Positions 23,100 to 38,000 are shown, counted from the whole stretch's first letter. The stretch is DNA of 61,648 bases, filler included, from Sphacelaria rigidula (GCA_964200075.2; 6 parts of 6 records of this genome joined end to end with filler, not necessarily neighbours in it), one strand, 5' to 3'. Made by a program: numbers and translations. The notes: generated from the letters alone by a model not told the origin.

Positions 23100-26000
23100 A
23101 GGCAACCCATCGTGGTCTGGTCAGTTTCGACCAAAAGTGGTTTGTCTTGGGTTGGGCGTGTCCCATTTTATCCATGTGTACAAATTATCGTTTCTAGTAT
23201 CAACTCCCTCTTGTTCAAACCGCATTATATTCCTTTTCGAAAATTTGGAGGCGGTTCACAGATATTCTAATTTCTGACGCGAGGGTTACATTTGAGACGG
23301 CCATTCCTCGCAGCGTGACATGTGCTGAGGCTAGAGGGGCACATGTCCTCGGAAGAGGGGTGCCCACATCAGCACGCGAAAGTAGCGTTGCAGACAAACC
23401 TCACAGGATGAGGCGCCCGGATGCCAATGGATGGGTGTCACTGCGGAGGGAGGAAGCGCTTGATACACCAAAAGTATCGCCGCCCAGGACTATACGACAA
23501 AGTTGGCACTGTGTGCTTGAGCCGGCAGTGCAACGAATAGTGTCCTGACTGCGACGCGGACCACGCCTCGGCAGGGCTGAAACGCCTGCGCTTCATCCGT
23601 AAAAATTGCAACTTGCACTCGGTCCTATTCTGAAACCAAATGAAATGGTAATAAGTTCTCAATCGGTCGATCACGCGACTGTCGGAGAAATCTTGAGGCA
23701 TCCACGTGGGAGCGTCCTGTACAAGCGGTGCAAGTTGATTCTGACCGAAGACAATAGCACCCGCCCCCATCATCGTCAGACTGTCGTGTTGTCTGGCGCC
23801 GAAACTCTGGTACTTTTCATTGTGGGACATTGGCCCCTCTTCCCAAACAGCGTCACATTCGACCGTGGGAGAGGACGTTGCTCTCTTCGGCTCGGCTGTA
23901 CGGCTGCGTCGCGATACGGCGCAAAAGCCCCTACGGCACCAACCTCAGAGATCTGACGAACCCTAGACGGTGGTTGTTATCCGTGTGTTGTTACAAGCAT
24001 CGACGGATAAGCGACCGACCTCCACGACAACGCTGGCAAGATCTGCCACCGCCTCCGCGCCGATTTGATATTATTCGTTTTTCAAGTGTCATCATAAAGT
24101 GAGGGACATTCCGAAAGGATTCGCAGCGTCGTGCATAATAAGCTTTTCAACACACGCATCGCACAGAATGTTCAGGGAGCGAACACGGAGAAAACTGTTC
24201 ATCCTAAGCACGCCATTCTATAGAAGGTGATCGCGACTCTAAAAGTATGTGTCTACCGACCCCATCCTTGACAGTGTTGAGCAACCAAATATACGCAAAT
24301 CGTGCTCGTTTGATGTCGACCGAAGTTACACCCAACCCAGGTAGCTGCTGCTCATTCGAAGGATCAACTCAAAGCGCAGGATCCCTGAATAATTCGTCGC
24401 CGAATCCGCACATAAAAGCATACCGTGCAATTTCTCGCTTGGTATTCATCCATGTATGACCCTTATTGTTATCGAAGGGACGAATTTGTCGAGCCTCCAA
24501 TCCTCGAGACACAATAGTATCGACGTACTTTAGGTGTTAATTTGTCTCTGTACATCAAAACCCGTACTCAAATCCGTTGCATTTGGGAATCAAAGACCGG
24601 ACATCCTACTCAACGTCGTCATATTGTCTTGAGCACCTGCAGCTCCCCCAGATCGAGCACCGGTCCAGCTGCTGAGCAGTGTTCCCCTTGCTCCGAAGTC
24701 CATCGGAGAAGCTTCCTGCCGTGGCGGGCCTTCTGTTCCCACCGTTGCGGAAGCCTCTCTAGCCCTACTAGCTTGCCATTCCTTGAAACTGTGGTAGTCT
24801 TCCGGCGAGACTCACCACTTTTGCGCGGAAACGTCCCCCTCTGCTACTACATTTCTTCTCGTTTGCTGCTCGCCTTCTGTACCGCTCAAGGTAAAAGCGT
24901 ATCTACTAGCCCAGGTACATCGTCAGAGCCAAACGCTAGCGTGTCGATATACTTCGAGCACACACTGGTTCAAGCAGCACCGACTGCCTAACCAGAAAGT
25001 AGAAGGCAGCTCGCACAACTACACTTGCCGAGATGGGAGTCGATCAAAAGAAGACACGAACCGTATCCACGGCGCGTCCGGCGAAGGCCGAACTCCCGAT
25101 CGCCCTTCGAAAGATGGGGTACTTATGTTTCTCCTGAAGAAACTCGCTCCCAAAATGAATCCACAGGGTAATCCATCAACCACCCTGACTCGTACCTTCC
25201 TTACTCTATCTTCTGGGTGGGATATAATCGGAATTACCACTGACCCTGGGATCTTCATCGTGGGTATCTTACTACTACTGGGGTTTGCAGCCCTCGAAAA
25301 CCCTATTCCTTGTCAATAACGACTTCCACCAATGCTTCGGTGCGTAGCTCCCCCCTCCCTGCACCGTGTCCAGTAACACCGTTACTGGTAGGCGGTGGCT
25401 ACTCTCGCTGTTGTGCTAAGCTTCCGCTCGTACCCACAGCTGCTACGCACCGTTATTCCTCGCTCCGGCTAAAGTCGGTTTCACGCGGTCCGCTGGGAAC
25501 TGCGGCCCCAGGGCGCGCTCTCATTCCGAATAATCGTTTTCGGTGCCTGACGCCTTGCCGGGTTAAGCCGAAGTCGATTATTTCGGAGCAAGATCGCTGT
25601 TCACTGTGTGGTGGAACCCTCGACCCACGCGCATGCTGTCCGTCCATTGGGCTGAAGAAATCCCCCAGTTGCATGCTCAGCAGGCGATCTTTCGTCGACT
25701 TCGTGTTGCCCTTCGACTCAGGCTGGTCAGGCTGTTTGTAGTAGCCGAAGGAGACATGCTGGGAGCCGTGCGTGTAGCTGCAATCCCCCTTGTCATGGTG
25801 TTCACAGTTGCGCCCGTAGGCGTGATTGAAGCACACCCCCAGCAAGCGTATTGCGACATCCTGTTCCCCTTGTGAGGTGTTCTGCGCGGGTAGGAACCCA
25901 GTTTGCGGCGCGCCACCTTGCGTCGAACCGGACTCGCTCGGGCGACTTGAAAAACCCTTCCCGCTGACGCTTTGAAGTGTCCCTGGCAGGCGAGGGAGCT

Positions 26001-26600
26001 TCGAACGGCGCGCCTCCTCGTGGTGTAGATGCTTCCTGGTTGCTGAAGGCTGCCATGGCACAGAACTCCTCTTCGATTGTTTGCTCCTCCGCCTGCTCAC
26101 GTAAGAGACGCTCCTTTGTGGCCACTAGACTCGGGTCTAAGGGCGAGGGATGTGACTCAGCGGACCGAGTCAAAGCGGCGGACGCTCGGTTCACGACCCG
26201 GTCGGTGGTTTTGGCCCACTCACAGTGGCGCTGTAGGGCCGAGACAAAATCGCTTTAGATGCGATAGGTAATCCGCCCTCGCTTCCGCACCGTGGGGGTA
26301 GTTGGGTCGCCGTGATGAACCCCTAGCATGCGGACTTCGTCCTCTAAGACCTTTTTAGGGATCTGTACCAGTATGTTCGTCACTAGCTGCGCGGTCGCGT
26401 CGGGAATCACAAGTCGGTGGAAGCCCCCACACGACTGTAATATCATCGGCTTAGTTGCTTCCCTCCAGAGATACTCGTCTTCGGCAAGGTGTGGGACAGC
26501 AGGAGAAACCATGGCCGCTATGGTCAACAACACTAGGCGGTGGCGGCCGCTACATAGCTTTCGTTGTTGAGTAGCTTCACGTTCTCGAGGGCGACCTCTG
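23100..26600 (-). mobile_element. Highly degenerate Ty3/Gypsy-like gag-protease-(RT) relic
   Basis: Gag-like region with a CCCH motif (CFNHAYGRNCEHHDKGDCSYTH), aspartic-protease-like EVVIDK and VRVVDGLPCGFILGASFF, and the pre-RT motif KRRRFSPAE. No intact ORF. Confidence 0.5.
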
Positions 26601-29062
26601 CATGGCCCCTACCCATCCTCACCTCCCCAGCTACTAGTTTTCGGAGCCACTCTGGCGCGGTAACGTCTCCAAACGGCACTCGCAGCTGAATCAGTCAACT
26701 GAGAAGCCGCTGAAACCACAAGCGGATCAGTATACAGACAGGTGTAGGGGCTTACTGATGCGGGTTGTGCTGCCCACATCCGCTACCTACACCGAGATGA
26801 CGAACTGGGAAGAGGCTATTATCGATGTGCCTGACGTGTCCGGAGGCGAAATGCGAGTGCCGTTCGGAGACATTACCGCGCTAGAGTGGATCCGAAAACT
26901 AGCTGAGGTCAGGATGGGTAGGAGCCATGCAGAGATTGCCCTCGAGAATGTAAACTTACCAAAGAACGAGGGCTATGTAAAACGAGAAATATGTAGCGGC
27001 CGACATTGCCTTGTGTTGTTGACCATGGCGACCACGGTTTCTCCATGTCTTCATGCAACAAGTTCAACATCAACACAGTATATCAAAACAGTCTGGTTGG
27101 CAAGATTTCAGCAATGATCAGCGAACAGCAAGCGGACAGCATTGCAACAGAATCCCCGCAACATGAGATGAGCATGCTGTTGTGCGCTTGTTTGTCTCGT
27201 GCAAAGACCCTGTAGAAACGCGGCTTCACGTGGACGAGAAATAAACGTTGCATGCGGTCACTTGACTCGAAGCGAACAGCAATTAGCCCAGCATCAGCTC
27301 GTTGCATTTTGAGACACGCAGGCAGTCCAATGTTCCACAGTCTCATACTTGTCCATGCACTATTATTGTTCGCTTCTAAACTTATCTCAATTGCGTTGCT
27401 TAGCCACGATCGCCGTACAAAACGCTGTGGACGCGGATCTCCAAGCGACGAGGGATAAACATACAATGCAGCGACTTCAAGCGAACACGCAACATATATA
27501 TTCATGCATGCATATGTACAGCAAACAGCAGAATGATGACAGCAAGCGGGATCCAGCAAGGAGGATGATCAGTTGAACGCAGAACAGTTCATGCTGACTG
27601 TTAGGGTGTGTTGAGCACAGCTTCAGAGGCGATCAATTTTCTCTTGCGATTATGGTGTTGAAAACTATTAGATTAATGAGCACCCTTTGATAGTGAACAC
27701 CAGGCTACGCCAGTTAGGTTCTGTTTCCGAAGAGGAACTGAATCCAACTGGGCGCAAAGAGGCATGTCTGTAACCGTCACGAACAGATCCAAACATTCTC
27801 AACCCCTGACTATGGTACTTGAAGTACCTGCAGTCAGCTCTCCGGGCATCGCTGGTCGAACAAGTAGCCCATCCTCGTACTGATTCTCCCTCCACTACGC
27901 CGTGATTCATAACATTACACAAGGCAAACTGGGCTTCATCGGCAAAACCCTCGTGGTACTGTGGCGCAGGACAATGTCGTCCTGTCCTCCCCCTTCCCTT
28001 CCGGAATGATATAATTTCTCACATGACTTTCCTTCAGAAAAAGAGGCTATACGGGTGTCGACAGGATTGTTCCGACGATACAGCGGTCAGTATGTGACGG
28101 TGTGGCCGCAGTACATACCTGGAAACCCGAGATTATTTTTGGCACCTGTTACCGCCGTGTTATCCTCCAGCCCTCGGTTGGCTTATATGCACTGCCATGT
28201 ACAAGAATATGTACAACCTGTCCGTTACACAGTGGTGTCATGTGACCACTGTATCTAGAGCGCGCTTGATTACGCAAATCGTTGACACATCTCGAGCGAA
28301 GAAGCATCCTGATGTTTTCATTAAGGCGCTCAGATGTTGTCCCAAAGTGGTACCACTACTCTATTCACTTTTATGTGTGATGTCTTGAGCTGCAGAACAT
28401 TCGTGGTCACTCGCCACTCGGAGACGGCACCCCATCTAGCAGTTTTCATATATCGCTGGATGATGCGGCCCGTATGCCCACCAGGTTTAGAGCACCGAAG
28501 CTACATATATTTGTCTATTTATATATAGTACACGGCAGTCAGTGACAGCAACGTGGTTGTCGTAATTTCGCGGAAAACGCCTGCAGATATATTTGATGAT
28601 GCTCCTCAACGTTAGCAGAGAGGCTCGGCTACTGATCTTCACTGCTGCCACTTATGCAAAAAGAACATATCGAGGAGAAAATGAAACCGCCTCTCATTTC
28701 AATCCCGACAGCTAGCTGGCTAGGATAGATTTCAATTTTCTGGCTTTCCCTTCAGGCTGCGGTCCTTTTCAACGAGGCACGCAGTGATGTATTATGTGCT
28801 TTAAATGCTAGGGTTCAGGTTGCCGCTAGTTGACCTTTTGAGGGATGCTGCTAGCTAGAAAGTGTCATTTTACAACTTTAGCAAATCAGGGCTGTTTCAC
28901 GTCATAGTACCGCTGAACACGCCAAGTCAAGAATCAAGCCTCGTCAATGATGAATGTGAGCCAGCATCGAACGTGATCCAAACTGTGTCTATTTTTTCGC
29001 CTGCGATGTCTTCACCGGCGGATGTGTTCGTGCAAGCCGCACAAGTGATTAATTTGACCCAG

Positions 29063-29879
29063 ACTCGGACGTGATTCCACCTTTGTTATTCTGTTGCTGT
29101 ACAACGTGTCCACAGGTGGCCTTGCAGATGCCTTCGTGGCACTAAAGTCGGACCCCCAGCTCGGCTCATTATCAAGGAGAGGAACGGCACATAGTCCACG
29201 CCTACATCACGGCAACCGTAGCGAATTCTTATTTTCGATTCCCCAAACGTGGCGGCCACGAACAACGAGATATGTGGTGGGGACTCCTTCGCGGGCGTCG
29301 CGACATCAAGAACTCGAAGGCCGCAAGCGTGAAGACGAGTCCGTAAAAACCACTGTCGGGCATAAGGCGACTGGCGCCGTGTACCGACATGGTGGTGTAG
29401 ATACAGAAGACGAGCGGCATCAGAATGGCCTGTCTAGATTGTTCGCCACTACGGTGGCCGCTTTTATTGGTAGTGGTGCCTCTTCTGCTGAAGAATGCTA
29501 CACTAAACGTCTGTCATCGGCATTGCGGCATATATCGCTAGGCTGCACGTCTTCATGTGCTGCATCGCTGTTAACATCTGTTGTACTTCTTGCGACCACG
29601 GACCAAGATATCATGGCTGCCATGGGCAGCCTAGGTGCAGAAAACAATACTGGACGACCCGCGCTCGCCCCATCGATTTCTAGTGACGGCAAAACCGTAA
29701 CACTGGACTCGCCGCAACAGCTTTCAGGATTATCAGGAGGAGCGGATGATATTGTGGGCCGTCAAGCGAGAGCGAATACAAATGAGCAGGGTATCAACAA
29801 CGGGCAGGGCAACGACTTGGGGCGAATACTGCAAGAGAAAGGCCTGCCGCAGGCGGGGCCATTGACGCACGGCTTCTGA
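29063..29879 (+). CDS. Probable terminal coding exon of an unknown protein, possibly plastid-targeted
   Basis: ~270-codon open frame after a cag acceptor. Begins with a hydrophobic stretch and ADA|FV cleavage-like motif (TFVILLLYNVSTGGLADAFVA). No recognisable domain; start exon uncertain. Confidence 0.55.
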
Positions 29880-30500
29880 CTGCGCGGACCATGTTGTATC
29901 ACCGTCATTTCTCTTCCTGCCATAGGTATACTGCACCTAGGATCACCGAAGATGTAGCCCACATGGCGTGATCTCGATGGTGACCGGAGAACAGCTTAGT
30001 GGCAGCAGGGGGTGAGGTATCCCCCAGTCTCGTAGACGGCTCTTCCTTACTTGATGAGCACATCGAGAACCAGCACTACACCTTCAAAAACAGAACGTGG
30101 AACAGTGCTTATATGACTTTGCGCTGACGCTATTCAAGTCAGGTGATCGAATATTACATCATGTGCTCCGCATTGCCGCAAAGTTTTCTCGTGACCTCTC
30201 TAGCTGCGGCATGTAGCTGAGTGCGTGTATTCAACCCTCAGACGTCGATCTGACCTGCCTAGGATAAGCCGAGTAATAAAATACTCGGATTAATTAGCAA
30301 CACCTTGATGCGGCTGTCTCATTTTTTTTATCGTATAATACTGTATGGGACCCATGTGTTCCCTTTGACTATAGATGAGTTCCACTCACCCTGGGGTTTC
30401 GAGGTGTTGACCTATCTCAACACAGACGGTACACTCGAATGTCCAAACCTCATACTACCCAGTATGTGTAGTGTTGTCTTAACAAATGAGTTTGAGAGGT

Positions 30501-30776
30501 TGATGGTTTATTGATTGATTGATTGTCGCACTTAAATTGACCCCCCATGGGTCCAGCAGTGGTCTCATGATAGACGTACCCAAGGGAAACGAAATTGAAA
30601 ACATGCTCCTGAGAAAAAAGAAAAAAGGAAACAGAAAGAAAGAAGAAAAAAAGAAAGAGGGGTCAAACAGAATGACATAGCAGGCTAAGTCGTGACAGAA
30701 AAGTATTGAAAAGTCAACACTAAACAACAAATTGTGCGAATTGAGGTTTAACTCCGAGATGAGGTTCAAGCCTAAA
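30501..30776 (-). mobile_element. LINE 3' end with (ATCA)n tail
   Basis: Reverse complement matches 21250-21333 (cttgggtacgtctatcatgagaccac.gctggaccc...gtgcgacaatcaatc). Confidence 0.75.
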
Positions 30777-30876
30777 NNNNNNNNNNNNNNNNNNNNNNNN
30801 NNNNNNNNNNNNNNNNNNNNTTAATTAATTAANNNNNNNNNNNNNNNNNNNNNNNNNNNNNNNNNNNNNNNNNNNN
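30777..30876. other. Artificial contig linker
   Basis: 44N-TTAATTAATTAA-44N. Confidence 0.98.
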
Positions 30877-31241
30877 CCCATGACTGTTGGCCCTATCTGA
30901 CACCACAACATTGGACGCAAATTGGCGGTGCAGATGGATGCGTTAAGCTCGATCGAGCAAGCATTACAGATCATTGTGGTATCTGTCTGGTCTTGTTCTT
31001 ATCGTGGAAGTGTGATGTGCAATGTAGTGCAGCAACTCATGAATATAACTTGGCCTTGGCTCCGAAGCTATGCGAAGAATTAAAGCTTCATTGACATGAA
31101 CTTTCATTCTTTATATACTTTTATTTTTTATTTTTCATTTATGTATGGGATTTAGTAACCCCTCCCCCCCCCCCCTCCCCGAAAACACCTAGGATTGAAA
31201 AAATCGGCATGGGGCCTCGCATTATTTTTTTGGGCACTTCT

Positions 31242-32025
31242 GGTGTGTGTGTGTGTGTGTGCGTGTGTGCGTGTGTGTGTTGCCGTCCCATCTATTTTGG
31301 GTACCGGTCTACACCTTTCGGTATGTGTGGGCACACAAGCCGGGGTCACACAGGAGCTTTTTAGTTTTGTTTGTTTTTAGTACCCCACCTTCCTTCCGGG
31401 GTGATTGCCTTTTTTTTCTCCACGCGAGAGGGGTTCAGCAGTCCCTTTCCCTCGTCGACCGTTAAGTCGATTTGTGTACCCACGACATAATAGTCGCTCT
31501 CTACTGTTGGTAGGAGCCATTTATCTCGTCCAAAAGACGACTTATTAGTATGTATGTGAAAGTGCGCCAGGATTACAAGAGTATTCCAACGTACTATATT
31601 AGGCACATCCCGAATACATTTGCAAACGGGGATGCTCTCACCCATATTCTTGTGCATCTAGAATCTTTAGGAGCCACTGAACCAGACAAGATTTCGCGCG
31701 CAAAGTGTACCCCTACCGTAGCATTGCTTAGAAACAGAATATTATCGTCTGCCCTTGACCCGGGAACTGTTTTCAAATTCATGGGTGGTCCAAACTTACT
31801 TTCGGACAGTACTGTAATACGTACTACGTAGAAATAGCGTTCAAGGGGGGTATTTGGGGCATTTCTCCCACGAAATCAGCAACAGTTTTTCGAGCGCGGT
31901 TGTCACCGACAAATAATAGCGCTCATTCACAAGGTGTGACTTCTCAGCGGGATTCGAACCCACGACCCAACCGTCAGAAGGCTTCAAGTGTCAAGGTCTC
32001 TCAACTGAGCCACCGGGGCAACCGG
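31242..32025 (-). mobile_element. tRNA-derived SINE split by a ~410-bp insertion (~31514-31924)
   Basis: Body/tail 31242-31512 and head ~31935-32025 match the 4420-4790 family; the insert has weak GAG...CTC terminal inverted similarity. Confidence 0.7.
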
Positions 32026-35000
32026 CTTCTTTGCGGTTATGCAAGCAGTGTACACGACAGAGGTCATGACAATTTTCATGTTTTATGTCATGACCTTTGG
32101 AACACGTGACAAGAAGGGTTGGGGTCTTCGTTCCCTCCGACATGCCTTCCAGGGGTAACATTTCCCATAATTTCGAACACGTTTCTTCTTCATTCCCATG
32201 CAAAAGTTTGAATCGATTCTTTTACTTCAGCAAACCCAGAGTCGAAGCACAGGACAAGTGTCCACAACCAGAGGCACGTTGAACACACCCCGAACATGCA
32301 CACGCGTCAAACACGAGAACAGAATATGCTCACAGTCAGTGCTGGGGCTTGAGATCTCAAGAAAGTTATCTGTCTCAAATCATTTCTTCACGCGACGTCC
32401 AGTTCACATCAAAATAATTGCCCTTACTGGTTTGATGGTCCACCTTGGGTTCTATACAATTGGCACGATAGAAAGGGATCGGCGGTTCCAACAAGAGCAA
32501 ACTGACTTCGCTGGCGCTGCACCGTAGATACGTATCATCATTTTCAGATAGCACGATACAAGTATATTCCGATTCGAAAGGGAAACATTGAAACACCAGG
32601 GGCAAGTCTATTTCATAGACCACGTCCACCCATTGCTGGGCGGCACACTACGAAGATTGAATTGTGTGTTACATGGCCAACTGTGCACTCAGAGAACAGA
32701 AATGTTTTGATATCCCGATGCCCTCACTTCAAAGCGACCCGTCTGAGGGTGCCATGGCTTGAGTGTGCAAACGGACACGAGGATATCTCGGTTTCCGAAA
32801 TATCGTCATATACGGGAATGTTATGGTGCCAAATAAATTATTCAAAGCGTTCTCGAGAACGGCAACATTAACTCAGAGAAGCAGCAAAATTGGATTGTCA
32901 TAAGACAACGCAGATTGAGTACAAGTGTCCTCCGTGGACAAGGCAAGTGTCAAATGTCAAATGTCAATCGAATCAAACAATCATTTGTCAAAGCAAGACA
33001 GAAACCCGCCACGAAATTCAAAACGTGTACACACGCGACTGACGTCAGTGGCAGCACAACCAATGCAAGGGACGGGGAAGTTCCTGTCGAGAGGTAACTC
33101 AATGGATGTCAATTCCCCCAAACTCAACACTATCAACAGTAAACACATGCACCGATCGTCACAATCACGCATTGCGACCATCACCGACAGCCCCCACACA
33201 TAGCCGGGGGGCCTTCGATTTTAACTGCAAGAAACAAACCTCACACCGCTCCCCCCTCTCCCCCTCTTCGACATCATTTAAAATAGACAAATGAACAGAA
33301 CGGACGCCAATTGAAGCTACAATACACGTGATGCTACGATAAGCGAAAGGCATGAACAACAGTGACGGGGGGAAAAACTACCGCCACAGACGTTCCTGTT
33401 CGTCCTGATTTGGCGAGGCGTGGTCCACTTGTGTGTTCTCAAGACGCAGAGCTCTGCAAGGCCGATTCGGGTCCGCCGTGTAACACAGGTCACTTGGTTG
33501 AACGGCAGTACACCCGAGCACCATCATCTTAACATCAATTCAGCAGTTTCTCACACCATACACGGGACAGCCAGCACCAAAGCACTCAGGGCGTACCACG
33601 AAATAAACATTGCATTATCACACCACAGAGCACAACAGAATAGTCGTGCTACATATACTACGTACATCTACACCGCCCCTCTGCCGCGTCAGTCGATAAT
33701 AATCAACGGGGCTCGGAAACTCTTGGAGTAAACACATGATCGAAGGAGATTCAATCAACGGTGGCATCGGAATTGATGCCCTAGACCAACAGCGGACAGA
33801 GGCGTGGACGGATCACATGATGGTTCTCCAGACAACGAGACGGGCGACGCCGTAGCATTCGCAAGTGCTAGTGCAGTCACCGATCATATTAACAAAACTC
33901 TGTCACTATCGTAAATGAACTACAAAACTGCTAAGTAAAAGGAATCGTTTGGAAACTTAGACACGGGGCTGCAACACTTTGGACTTTACACCCCAAGGTC
34001 GGTGCGCGCGAACATGAGATACATGAGAAAAGCAAGGTGCGCCCTTCAACACCCAATCAACACAGGCAATAGCGATACATACAGTGAAACAGGAACTCAT
34101 CGCACAGTTAATGCGGGGGCAGCAAGCTCGTTCGCATGATGACGCTGCGTTTGTCGAGGTGCTACTTCCGCGCCCAAATGCCCCAAATGTACCTCCAAAT
34201 GCACGCAGTTCGCCGATCAAATTCGCGTGCTTCCACCATTTCTTTACTGCATCACCGTACTACGCCGTACTACGCAGCGCAAGGGTTCGGCAAACGCTGA
34301 ACCTTCCCTTTCCTTACGACGATCATGTCAATCTCACCATCGTCACAAAATATGCCACCCCAAACCGCATCCAAAACGCACATGTACACAAATATATGTA
34401 TCCATCCGTCAACTAGTCCAGGGCAAACACCATGCGCCTGTGAAAACGACACCAAACCATGCGGTGTGCAAGTGTTTCAGGTGTGTTCGGCATGGCAAAC
34501 GAAGTGCACACATCGTCGGGCGCGAAATACCAAGATCGCGCTGCTTGGCTGGAGAGAAATTCCCGCAGACATAGCTTACTGAGCGCCATGTTTCAGACAG
34601 GACTCACAGGACACGCACCCTACGTAATACACCACGTGTTCGATACGAGTGCGAACGGCAACGACAACGACACCGACATCTGGGGTAGCGGCAAGCGACA
34701 TAGCGGCACAGCACATGATACCCACACGACCAGGCTTGTCAGGCTTGGAAGGAGGACTAGAAGAGAGTGCGACACACAACAATGTTTGTGCACGTGATAC
34801 GGGACGATCGCATACGAAAGAATGGCAAATCTTGCCTCTTCCTTAAACCACAAAAAGTACGAGTAGAGCAAGGAACAATGGTCAGCACTAACTGAATCAA
34901 CGAAATCAACACACCCAAAACAGTATGCAGCATGGCGTGCAAAACGCGGCCAACAACAGGGGAAAGACAACCAGAAAACATTATGACCCCGCGAGGAATG

Positions 35001-35065
35001 AATGACAACAACAAGACACATCCATTGCACCAGCACCAGCACCAGCAACACCAATACCTAATTTC

Positions 35066-38000
35066 CTAAAACGAGCTTGGCTCCTGTTTGGTCTCCCCGA
35101 CCAACCAGCTTCCAGAATCACCGCGCTCAGGACCGTTGACCCGTTTCCGGGAACTCACCCCCACACCTGCGCCTCCCCGGCCACCGCCGATGATTCGTTT
35201 CCGCTTTCCAAGGTTGACAAACAAGAGTGCTCCAAAAGCGAGAACTCCTAAGCCTACCCCCGCTCCCGCCACTGCTGCTACCCACCACGACATGCTCGTC
35301 TCTTCGGAGCTACTGCTGTCTCCGTCGACAGTTCCACCCGTTTCAGCGTCGGATGCCGTGCTCGTCGGCTGGAGAGTCACGTCCAGAGTGCTTGGGGCAG
35401 GCGTGGGCAGTGCTTGATTGTAACCGAAGCCTTCAACACCTTCCGTGCTGCGACATGACATAACATGACGTGGGAGAATCATGGTGATGGTTGATGCAGG
35501 ATGAGACGGATGGATTCTTGTAGTCTCAGTGTAGTGTGGTATAGTGAGGGGGATTGATTAATGTTGTCGTGAAAACAGGACACGGCTTCCGATTATACGC
35601 CACCAGAACAACAGTACAAGAACATTCGGAAAGTTGCCGTGTCGTGCGCGGGTAACCGTATGGGCATGACATTGCACGCGCTTTCTCTGCGAGCGCATAA
35701 CAATCGACACCCACTATTAGAACTTAGCTTACAAGCTTACAAGTATGCACATATGCTCAATATGTTCCACACGTCTCCCCCACGGACACAAAGCGAGGGA
35801 TAACATCGTCGAGAATACCGAAGACGGCTCTCCCGCACGTTTTCAACAACTTCCAAACAATGTATTTTTGCATGACCAACAAATTCCGAACATGTGTAGT
35901 CGTACTGCCACCATGCTTATCTCGACGATACTACGAAGGTGGGCTTTCTTCAACTTAGGTCGACTCATGAAAAGTAATGGATAATTGTTCGTGTATCTTT
36001 ACCCGCAAGTTCCGGCCGCCAAAGCTGTGGGATCTTCGTCGGGCCCCTGCCCCCCCTGAATGATGGCCAGCGCCATGACCCCCGTGTCGCTGTGAGAATT
36101 CACGTGGCAATGCATCATCACGTTCCCGCCAAACCGTTCCGTACGGAATCGCACCACCGCCAATCCCGCTGAAAATTGGGACAAAATGCACACATGGCCA
36201 GACATGAGACATCGCACAAACGCTAGATGTATTCATCACATGAAGACATGAGAGGTTGAGAGCTTGCGCCGGTGTCTACGGTTTTTTGGATTAAGGGTTC
36301 GTAGGGACCGTGGATGATCATGTTTGGTACACCTACAAACTACAGAAGCAAGCAGGCTCTGACCGGGGTACCTCCCTCCCTCCCTCCTGTGCCATGGCCA
36401 ATGGCTGGTTGCTCGTTCCGGGACCATCCAACAAGGCCGAGGATGAAATTTGATAGTACCATAGTTCAGCTGAAGTCATGGCAGGCCTAACAGCACGCAT
36501 GATGCCCCACACCCCACAACAAGCCGAAGATGGTAAGGCTGTACGTGACGGGTGTAAAACAAATGACCATCAACCACTCCGCAAAGCCACCTCAGCATCA
36601 CCACCCACTTGTCCTGCATCGCCTACTTTCGCAGTGCAGAAAGTTTCCAAGGGTACACTCACTGGAGACAGTGTCCACCCAGTCCCCAACGTGGTTCCAG
36701 CCAGGCACCAGCAGCGGACCATCAACCGCGACAAATTGCATGTGGTTGACGTGCATGTGGAAGGGGTGCTGCTCCGACCCCATGAGATTCCACTGCTGTA
36801 TCTCGTCAACGGTCAAGTTCAAAAGCACGTCGCCGGGTCCCTCGAAGACTTCTCCTCCAATCGTCTCACGAACCTGAAGCACAGACAGCACACGCCATCG
36901 CACCAACCCATCATAATTTAAACGTATTTCTCGAGCACAAGAAACAAGTATATTACATCATACGAACACAACACAACGCTTCACATTCGAAAAGTCGATA
37001 GTCGCTTCTGCGGCCGCCATCGCTGCACAGTGCACACATAATATCAGCGACAACAATAACTCAAATCTTCCGAAATTTTCGTGGGCACACGTGTTGAATA
37101 CGAACGATGGGTGCACAGAAGAGGTGCACGAAGCAAAGCACATCGAGTCAAACAAGCACATCAGGGTACATGTACACAATTTCAGTCCGAGACGATGAGC
37201 TCACGTCACTTGGGCCATGACTATCATAAAGCCGTCAGTTGGTCGCCCATGTGCGGGTAGATTGCAACTACAGTTGGTAGCGAGCGCTGTGTTCACTGAG
37301 TTTCCTGTGGCGCGCCGGTTTGTGATTACCAATCTCAAGGGCAGGGGCAGTCCCCCAATAAATGAAGTACACGGCCCGATGGTAACTAAAGTATCATATG
37401 CTCCTTGGCGCTACTATACTGCAGTTTACTACATACAAGAACACGGCCCGATGGTAACCGAAGTATCTTATGCTTGTTGGCGCTACTGTACTACAGTCTA
37501 CTACATACAAATATGCTAAGGTACAGTCAAGTCCGTTTGTATTCTCAATGCTTGGAGCGTACATGTTACGTTAATCTCTCACTTCATCATAACATCGTTG
37601 ACACTTGACGCTTGGAACGTGACTCACCGTGAGCCCAACCGTGTCGCTTTCGGTGAAATTGAACTTCGTCAAATCTTCAAGGTAGTAGGGTCTGTACGTA
37701 TCCATGCAGGAGCACATCATCAGACGGGAAAAAGTCGATTGTAACAGTAGAGGGCAGGTGAAAATTTGTTCAACGGTGCATGAGTCGAACTGGTACACAT
37801 CGTGCTGGTATTGGAAGCGTTTCATCACTCAAGGTTTCTTACAGCGAACAAGCATGGTTTCTTTCCCAGTAGCTCGATATAGCAGTGTTAACAGGTACAG
37901 CAAGGGTAAAAACTCCGGGTACACTACGGTCATAGCCCCAGTCGACACAAGTAGCGCTCGCGAAAAAAAAGGGTCACAGCACGCTTGCACCCATGAAAGG

